A DNA stretch of 63,709 nucleotides, filler included, from a candidate division WOR-3 bacterium (GTDB lineage Bacteria; SDB-A): NCBI GenBank assembly GCA_016934535.1. It is 5 parts of 5 records of this genome, joined end to end, with 100 filler letters (N's around TTAATTAATTAA, not from the genome) between each part and the next. Parts side by side here need not be neighbours in the genome. Positions count along the whole stretch, not along the records: positions 32,066 to 59,668 come from JAFGSQ010000066.1; positions 59,769 to 63,709 come from JAFGSQ010000072.1; 3 more parts are not named here. One strand, written 5' to 3'. The first letter of the stretch is position 1, and the number at the start of each line of letters is the position of its first letter. The notes beneath the pieces are model-generated. The model did no database searches, was not told the origin of the DNA, and saw only the letters and a list, made by a program, of their open reading frames with translations. Shown here piece by piece: positions 57,677 to 63,709 of this stretch. The position numbers and the translations under genes are program-made.

Positions 57677-58285
57677 ATGCAAAAAACGCGATTATATAGC
57701 CTTCTAGTACTTTTTCTTTTGTCCGGTTGCATCAAGTATTCTACCCTCCAGTCACCCAAAACTCTCGAAAGAGGCGATTATTCTGTGGGAATCGCGGGAA
57801 GCAAGTTTATTTTTTCGGATTCCGGAGAGGCGAGGTTTGGCTCTGGAAGCATTGACGTTTTCGCAAGAGCGGGATTGAAACACAATCTCGATTTCGGATG
57901 CAAGGCAACAATCTACGAAGGCGGAGCGTTCAATTTATTTTCAGATGTTAAATACAGGTTCTTCGAAACCCCGGTAATGATATCAGGAGATGTAGGTGCT
58001 TTGGTAAGTTTCAGAACAAACGGTCTTTATTTGATGGCTCTCGCCGGCAACGACAACATTTACACAGGCATAAAAGCGATGTTTGTTCATGAACAGCCCA
58101 ACTCTACTCAGCCTATGCCGGCTGAAGATACCGCTTATATTCCCAAAAACCCCTTGGGGCTTGTCTTGGGAGGAGGCATAAGTTCTTTTATAAATATAAA
58201 AATTGTACCGGAACTGAACGTCTATTTCAGCGAGGGTTATGAACCTATGTATCTTTTTTCATGCGGAATAAGGCTGGATATATAG
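57677..58285 (+). CDS. Hypothetical lipoprotein, possibly outer-membrane beta-strand rich
   Basis: Lipobox LSG-C; LQSPKTL; alternating beta pattern ending GIRLDI. Confidence 0.6.
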   Translation: MQKTRLYSLLVLFLLSGCIKYSTLQSPKTLERGDYSVGIAGSKFIFSDSGEARFGSGSIDVFARAGLKHNLDFGCKATIYEGGAFNLFSDVKYRFFETPVMISGDVGALVSFRTNGLYLMALAGNDNIYTGIKAMFVHEQPNSTQPMPAEDTAYIPKNPLGLVLGGGISSFINIKIVPELNVYFSEGYEPMYLFSCGIRLDI

Positions 58286-58307
58286 TCCAAAGCTTTTAAA
58301 GTGCGAC

Positions 58308-58338
58308 AAAAAGCGGAGGGTTTTCCCTCCGCTTTTTT
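58308..58338. terminator. Bidirectional intrinsic terminator
   Basis: AAAAAGCGGAGGG-tttt-CCCTCCGCTTTTTT between convergent genes. Confidence 0.88.
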
Positions 58339-58354
58339 ATAAGGTATCTGTCCG

Positions 58355-59668
58355 TCAAAAAACTTGAACCGATTTGGTCTCTTTCCTTGTTTCCGTGGTG
58401 AAATTGATGAAATAGGTTCCGGCAACCACTTTTTCACCGTTGTTTCCAGTCATGTTCCACTCAAGATTATGTTCTCCGGCCGAGAAGTTGCGTTCTGCCA
58501 GTGTATTGATGTTTCTTCCGAGTATATCATACACTTCGATTTTGATTTGCTGGTTCGTAGGTGTCGAAAAGCGAATTTGTATTATTCCCGAAGATTGAAA
58601 TACGCTGAAAAAGTTTGCGTCCGGTAAAATGTTTGGAGTTTCTTCAACTTGGTTGTAATGATCCCACCGGTCGAACCAGATATTATTGACATTGTATTCC
58701 CTGTATATCAGAAATCTTCCGTTATGAACCATCGACGCATTAATTTGAGCCGGCATTGTTGTTGTAAGATTATAGTCATTCGGAATTATTCTGCCGTCCC
58801 ATGAATAATAATCACTTGTCATCAAAGCCGCGACGAGAGAATCGAAGGAGCCGCCTTCGATGTAACAGCAAGCGGCAGGTCTGTCAACAGTCATGTCCCA
58901 GCCCAGTCTCATGTTCGGATTGTTTGAATAGACATCACCGGACATAGACCAGATTGCAGGTGTCTGCCAATTCGCTCCTCCGTCAGTGCTGTAATTGTAA
59001 TATACTCTTGGATCGGTCCCCTGTGTGTAGAGTCCATAGACGTAATTGGACGGATACGCATGATACTTTTGTGTTACTATATTGGGTGTATATCTTACAG
59101 TATCGTTTGCCGAAGATACATTGACAAAGCCAGATTGGTTACCCCATGTCCTGAATCTGTTGCTGGACTGAGTGTAGATTGATCCGACATAAAAAACGTC
59201 GGAGTCATTGCACGCGGCGGTAACTTCCATGGGTCCCATAGATGAAGTGTGAGGACCGTACACGTCCCAGACAGCTCCTCCGTCAGCAGAAGATGCCGTG
59301 TACCATTGAGTTTCTCCGGCGGTATAGTAAAGGCTTATACAGGAAATAACAATGAAGGGATTCGAATCAGGTTCTACGTCCATCGCCACTTGAAAGGTGC
59401 TGTCGTAATCAGAATCAGTGAACTCATACCAGATTGATGTTACGCCCGGTTGAATAGCTCCGAAAAAAAGCCTATATCCGGAAGCGGGGACTGAGTCAGC
59501 CCATATAAGGTATATATTGGGATTATCGGTAACAAAAGGTTCTAACTTCATATCGAAATCCAGTAATTGTCCACCTGAGCCTGGATTCATGGAATAAACC
59601 ACATCCCATGTATAGCCGTGGTCGGTTGTTTTGTAAATGAACAATGTATCTGTTCCTGATGAATGGCA
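58355..59668 (-). CDS. Paralog of 55872-57518, 5' end cut by contig end
   Basis: Shared segments LLDFDMxLEP, LIWADS, YRLFFGAI, DSTFQVAMDV, IYTQSSNRFR, YPSNYVY, NNIWFDRW, QVEETP, GEKVVAGTYFIN. Confidence 0.85.
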   Translation of the reverse strand, partial: CHSSGTDTLFIYKTTDHGYTWDVVYSMNPGSGGQLLDFDMKLEPFVTDNPNIYLIWADSVPASGYRLFFGAIQPGVTSIWYEFTDSDYDSTFQVAMDVEPDSNPFIVISCISLYYTAGETQWYTASSADGGAVWDVYGPHTSSMGPMEVTAACNDSDVFYVGSIYTQSSNRFRTWGNQSGFVNVSSANDTVRYTPNIVTQKYHAYPSNYVYGLYTQGTDPRVYYNYSTDGGANWQTPAIWSMSGDVYSNNPNMRLGWDMTVDRPAACCYIEGGSFDSLVAALMTSDYYSWDGRIIPNDYNLTTTMPAQINASMVHNGRFLIYREYNVNNIWFDRWDHYNQVEETPNILPDANFFSVFQSSGIIQIRFSTPTNQQIKIEVYDILGRNINTLAERNFSAGEHNLEWNMTGNNGEKVVAGTYFINFTTETRKETKSVQVF

Positions 59669-59768
59669 NNNNNNNNNNNNNNNNNNNNNNNNNNNNNNNN
59701 NNNNNNNNNNNNTTAATTAATTAANNNNNNNNNNNNNNNNNNNNNNNNNNNNNNNNNNNNNNNNNNNN
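59669..59768. other. Artificial contig linker
   Basis: N-run with TTAATTAATTAA. Confidence 0.99.
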
Positions 59769-59865
59769 GCCTGCTTAGCGGCTCCCCGAGGCTTATCGCA
59801 GCCAGCTACGTCCTTCATCGCCTGCTTGTGCCAAGACATCCACCATATGCCCTTAGTAACTTGAC
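59769..59865 (-). rRNA. rrl: 23S rRNA, 5' terminal ~97 nt (rest lost at contig end)
   Basis: Reverse complement GTCAAGTTACTAAGGGCATATGGTGGATGTCTTGGCAC...GGCGATGAAGGACGT...CTGCGATAAGCCTCGGGGAGC matches the conserved 23S 5' end. Confidence 0.95.
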
Positions 59866-59901
59866 ACACATTTTCTATCTCTGGACAGCTTCTATATTGA
59901 A

Positions 59902-59987
59902 TTTTCAAAGAGCGTAATATTACCCTCTGCAAAAGATACGATTTGCAGTGAGGAAAGCATAATAATAAAATCACCGTCCCTTGTCAA
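59902..59987 (-). promoter_or_regulatory. rRNA promoter and antitermination leader (boxB-like hairpin, boxA)
   Basis: Minus strand: TTGACA(59987-59982)-17-TATTAT(59964-59959); hairpin CTGCAAA/TTTGCAG (59927-59948); CGCTCTTTGAAAA (59914-59902). Confidence 0.8.
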
Positions 59988-60103
59988 GAGGAAATTTCAA
60001 TATTTTTTCCGGGCTTTCATTAAAAGCAAGGAAATAGCGCCCGGCAAGATTAAAGGTGTAAAATTCCTTCTTGAAATAACACGGATTTTAATAAAGGATA
60101 AAA

Positions 60104-62881
60104 ATGGCCGACAGGTACATTGTTGTGAGAAAAGCCCGGGTTCACAACCTGAAATCAATTGACCTCGACATACCGAGAGACAAACTGGTGGTAGTGACGG
60201 GGATATCCGGCTCCGGTAAATCTTCTCTCGCCTTCGACACCATTTACGCCGAAGGGCAAAGAAGATACGTCGAATCGCTCTCGACATACGCCAGGCAGTT
60301 TCTTGGAATCATGGAAAAACCGGACGTCGAAAGCATCGAGGGTCTTTCTCCGGCGATATCAATATCCCAGAGAAAAATAGCTCGAAACCCCAGATCCATT
60401 GTCGGTACTGTTACTGAAATCTATGACTACATGAGACTGCTTTTTTCCAGGGTCGCGACTCCTTACTGTCCTTTGTGCAATGAAAGAATTTTCAGTTTTT
60501 CCACGCCCGAGATAATTGACAGAATAATGAACTACGAAAACGACAGAAAGATACTGATAAACGCCCCTCTAAAGATTGCAGACAGAAAAGATCTGACAAA
60601 GACGCTCAATTCTTTGAGAAAAAAAGGTTTTGTCCGGGTTTTTTCATCGGGAAAAATATTTCACCTGGACGAAGACAAGATAGAATACACAAAATCAATA
60701 AAATCCTCTTTTTCAGTCGTCGTAGACAGAATAGTTACGGGACCATCTCTTTCGAGAATAAGGATAGCAGAATCCGTAGAAACTGCGCTCAAAGAATCAC
60801 AGGGAATTCTCTGCCTCTATGATCTTTCAGACAAAAAAGAAAGCGCGTTTTCACTGACTCCCGTGTGCCTTAAATGCGGTGTAAAACTTCCGAAGCCCGA
60901 ACCAAAACTTTTTTCTTTCAACAGTCCCGCGGGAGCGTGCCCCGAATGCGACGGGCTCGGAACAAAAATCGAGATAACACCGGAACTCGTAGTCCCTGAT
61001 GAGGACCTTTCCATACTTGACGGAGCGATACTTCCCATCGGCAACCCCGAAGGAAAATACATCTGGGGAAAACTTAAAAAAATATCTCTCGACTTCCGTT
61101 TCAAAATGTCTGAGCCGTTTTCAGGCATTCCGGAAGACGGCAAAAGGGCGATTCTCTATGGAGTGGAAGAATTTTTCGAAGGAATAATTCCCAATCTCGA
61201 ACGAAGGTACAAGCAGACAGAATCCAACATGATGCGGCAGGAAATTGAGAAATACATGTCTTTTTCCCCCTGCCCCGAATGTGAAGGCAAAAGACTTAAA
61301 AAAGAAGCGCTTTCCTTCAGGATAAAAAATAATAACATTACACAGATTTCTTCTCTCAGCGTCGAAGCGGTCAGAGAATTTTTCAACACCGACCTCGGAT
61401 TTTCTTCTATGCAAAACAAGATCGCTGAAGCGGTTTTGCGCGAGATAAAAGCGCGCCTTGATTTCATGGTAGAAGTCGGACTTAATTACATTTCTCTCGA
61501 CAGAAGAATGGATTCTCTGTCGGGAGGAGAGGACCAGCGGGTCCACCTCGCGACGCAGATAGGCAGCGGCCTCGTCGGTGTCACTTACGTTCTCGACGAA
61601 CCCTCCATAGGCCTTCACCCCAGAGACACGGGAAGGCTTCTCAAAACTTTGCTTAATCTCAGAAACATAGGAAACAACGTGATAGTGGTCGAACACGACA
61701 GACAAATTATCGAGAGCGCAGATTACATAGTAGATTTGGGTCCAGGCGCGGGAAGGGAAGGCGGTTATGTCGCGGCCGCCGGAACATATTCCGAATTGCT
61801 CAGAACAAAAAATCCGACCGGTCTTTATCTTTCAAGAAAAGAGGTCATCCCCGTTCCTGAAAGAAGAGTGGAAAACAAGGGGCAATTCATAAGAGTGACA
61901 GGTGCTCAGGAAAACAATTTGAAAGACGTTGACGTGGTTTTTCCGCTCGGCTTGTTCATCTGCGTGACGGGAGTTTCGGGATCGGGAAAAAGTTCTCTGG
62001 TCGAACAGGTTCTTTACAAAAGCTTGAAAAAACATTTTTACCCGCTTTCACAGGATAACCCGGGAAAGCACAGAAGCATAAAAGGCGTCGAAAACATTGA
62101 CAGAGTCATAAACATCGACCAGTCTCCAATAGGCAGGACTTCTCGCTCGAACCCGGCGACCTACACCGGTGTATTCACTCCCATACGAGAGCTTTTCGCC
62201 GCAGTGCCCGAGAGCAAAGCGCGGGGCTACAAGATCGGCAGATTCAGCTTCAACGTATCCGGAGGCAGGTGCGAGAAATGCGAAGGACAGGGCTCTCTCA
62301 GAATAGAGATGCATTTTCTGCCAGACGTATTTGTCACCTGCGACGCCTGCGGCGGGAAAAGGTTCAATCAGGAGACCCTGGACATAAGATACAGAAACAA
62401 AAACATCTCGGAAATCCTCGAATTGTCCGTAGACGAAGCCAAGAACTTTTTTTCAAGTTTTCCCGACATCTCCAAAAAACTGGAACTGTTGTCATCTATA
62501 GGCCTGGGCTATCTCCTTCTCGGCCAGCCTGCTCCCGAACTTTCCGGCGGAGAGGCGCAAAGACTGAAACTGGCCAGAGAATTGTCAAAAGGAGGCCGGG
62601 ACAGGACACTCTACATCCTCGATGAACCGACTACTGGACTGCATTTTGCCGACATAAGAGTTCTTCTCTCAGTCCTCAACCGCCTGGTGGACAGGGGAGA
62701 CAGCCTCATAGTCGTCGAGCACAACCTGGACATTGTCAAATCCGCGGATTATATTATTGACCTCGGACCCGAAGGCGGCGATAAAGGCGGGTACGTAGTC
62801 GCGAAAGGCTCCCCCGAAGAGATAATTTCAGACAAGAAATCAATCACGGGCAGATACCTGAAACAGGAACTTGAAGCCTGA
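60104..62881 (+). CDS. uvrA: Excinuclease ABC subunit A
   Basis: [28 protein letters not shown]; two ABC domains; LSGGE; zinc fingers. Confidence 0.98.
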   Translation: MADRYIVVRKARVHNLKSIDLDIPRDKLVVVTGISGSGKSSLAFDTIYAEGQRRYVESLSTYARQFLGIMEKPDVESIEGLSPAISISQRKIARNPRSIVGTVTEIYDYMRLLFSRVATPYCPLCNERIFSFSTPEIIDRIMNYENDRKILINAPLKIADRKDLTKTLNSLRKKGFVRVFSSGKIFHLDEDKIEYTKSIKSSFSVVVDRIVTGPSLSRIRIAESVETALKESQGILCLYDLSDKKESAFSLTPVCLKCGVKLPKPEPKLFSFNSPAGACPECDGLGTKIEITPELVVPDEDLSILDGAILPIGNPEGKYIWGKLKKISLDFRFKMSEPFSGIPEDGKRAILYGVEEFFEGIIPNLERRYKQTESNMMRQEIEKYMSFSPCPECEGKRLKKEALSFRIKNNNITQISSLSVEAVREFFNTDLGFSSMQNKIAEAVLREIKARLDFMVEVGLNYISLDRRMDSLSGGEDQRVHLATQIGSGLVGVTYVLDEPSIGLHPRDTGRLLKTLLNLRNIGNNVIVVEHDRQIIESADYIVDLGPGAGREGGYVAAAGTYSELLRTKNPTGLYLSRKEVIPVPERRVENKGQFIRVTGAQENNLKDVDVVFPLGLFICVTGVSGSGKSSLVEQVLYKSLKKHFYPLSQDNPGKHRSIKGVENIDRVINIDQSPIGRTSRSNPATYTGVFTPIRELFAAVPESKARGYKIGRFSFNVSGGRCEKCEGQGSLRIEMHFLPDVFVTCDACGGKRFNQETLDIRYRNKNISEILELSVDEAKNFFSSFPDISKKLELLSSIGLGYLLLGQPAPELSGGEAQRLKLARELSKGGRDRTLYILDEPTTGLHFADIRVLLSVLNRLVDRGDSLIVVEHNLDIVKSADYIIDLGPEGGDKGGYVVAKGSPEEIISDKKSITGRYLKQELEA

Positions 62882-62885
62882 AGCG

Positions 62886-63707
62886 CTAAATCGGCTGATA
62901 TTTTATTTTTTCCAGGAATTCACTTATATCGGAATGGAAAGAATCTTTTGGAAATTTTTCTATATATTCTTCAAACATCAGAACCGAATTTGCCGTGTCT
63001 CCCAAAGAAAGATACAACAATCCTTTTCCCCTCAAAAACCTTGAATCTTCAGGAAACATTTTTACACCCAAGTCAAAAACGCTCAGAGACGTCTGCACTT
63101 CTCCCAGGTCAAGGGCGGCGCACAGAGCCAGATCGAAGAGAACGTCCGGGTTGTCCGGTCTTTGCTCCGCCATAATTTTAAGAAGCGTGTATTTCTCTTC
63201 GAAAAGTCCGGCATCGCCGAGTAGTTTTACAGCATCCATCATTTCGGGGACGAAGCCGTTTATCTCTTCACCTCTCAGGACGGAAAAAGCCACGCCGAGG
63301 TTCTTCATCACTTTCTCGTTTCTCGGAGTCATTTCTGTAGAAAGATACAATGCGTAAGACCTTTCAAAGTTATTTCGCAAAAAATACAAAACGGCGAGAT
63401 TGGCGTTTGCCTCGTCGTAATCGGGTTTCATTTGAACGGCTCTTTCAAGAAGGATCAAAGCCGTTTTGTCGTCTCCGAGGGCTGAATATATGAAAGCGAG
63501 TTTGTTCAAAAGGAAATAATTAGAAGGGTTTTCCCTGACAGCAGCGGATATATATGAAAGTGCGGAATCGTATTCTCCCCTGATTATATGGATGTTTCCG
63601 AGCCCGATATTGACGCTTGAAAAGCCGGGGTACTCTTTTTTGACTTCAAGGTATAGAGATTCGGCACTCGATAAATAAATTTCAGGAGAACCGCTTGTCT
63701 CGGATTC
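62886..63707 (-). CDS. TPR protein, partial (starts beyond window end)
   Basis: Frame checked open to the window end; TPR-like helices (ANANLAVLYF, DVLFDLAL, KGLLYLSLG). Confidence 0.75.
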   Translation of the reverse strand, partial: ESETSGSPEIYLSSAESLYLEVKKEYPGFSSVNIGLGNIHIIRGEYDSALSYISAAVRENPSNYFLLNKLAFIYSALGDDKTALILLERAVQMKPDYDEANANLAVLYFLRNNFERSYALYLSTEMTPRNEKVMKNLGVAFSVLRGEEINGFVPEMMDAVKLLGDAGLFEEKYTLLKIMAEQRPDNPDVLFDLALCAALDLGEVQTSLSVFDLGVKMFPEDSRFLRGKGLLYLSLGDTANSVLMFEEYIEKFPKDSFHSDISEFLEKIKYQPI

Positions 63708-63709
63708 GC

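Noticed and set aside
59717-59974. 85-aa minus-strand ORF
   Set aside because: Spurious translation of the 23S rRNA and its leader into the N gap
1233-63357. Numerous overlapping or antisense ORFs of 60-230 aa in the ORF track
   Set aside because: Shadows of well-supported genes, with no motifs or RBS of their own

Overview
Bacterial draft-genome window made of five contigs joined by 100-bp N/TTAATTAATTAA linkers (contigs 1-7496, 7597-24524, 24625-31965, 32066-59668, 59769-63709), so adjacency across gaps is artificial. The organism looks diderm. Seven secreted proteins with T9SS-type/FlgD-like C-terminal domains suggest an FCB-affiliated or candidate-phylum lineage (inference). Content: an ArsR-regulated ArsP/thioredoxin/CcdA/ArsF-like operon; housekeeping genes (EF-G paralog, tatD, tcdA-like, fba, rsfS, rpmH-rnpA-yidD-yidC-jag-mnmE, murJ, xerD, lepB, two-subunit fumarate hydratase, mscL, uvsE, uvrA); three tRNAs; and the 5' end of a 23S rRNA gene. 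Five observations stand out. (1) Three contigs start with the same 85-86 bp probable IS right end, which encodes a C-terminus with a beta-clamp-type motif (QMNLF) and contains an outward-facing TGGACA-17-TATAAT promoter. (2) The 23S rRNA gene has its own promoter, boxB and boxA and no 16S upstream (unlinked rRNA). (3) Two tandem coiled-coil lipoproteins resemble Braun's lipoprotein and share a C-terminal HPTIPIxPIK tail. (4) An AT-rich intergenic region carries DnaA boxes. (5) An orphan Na+-decarboxylase beta subunit has a fused gamma-like tail. No CRISPR array or prophage was seen. All product calls come from motif recognition, not database searches.
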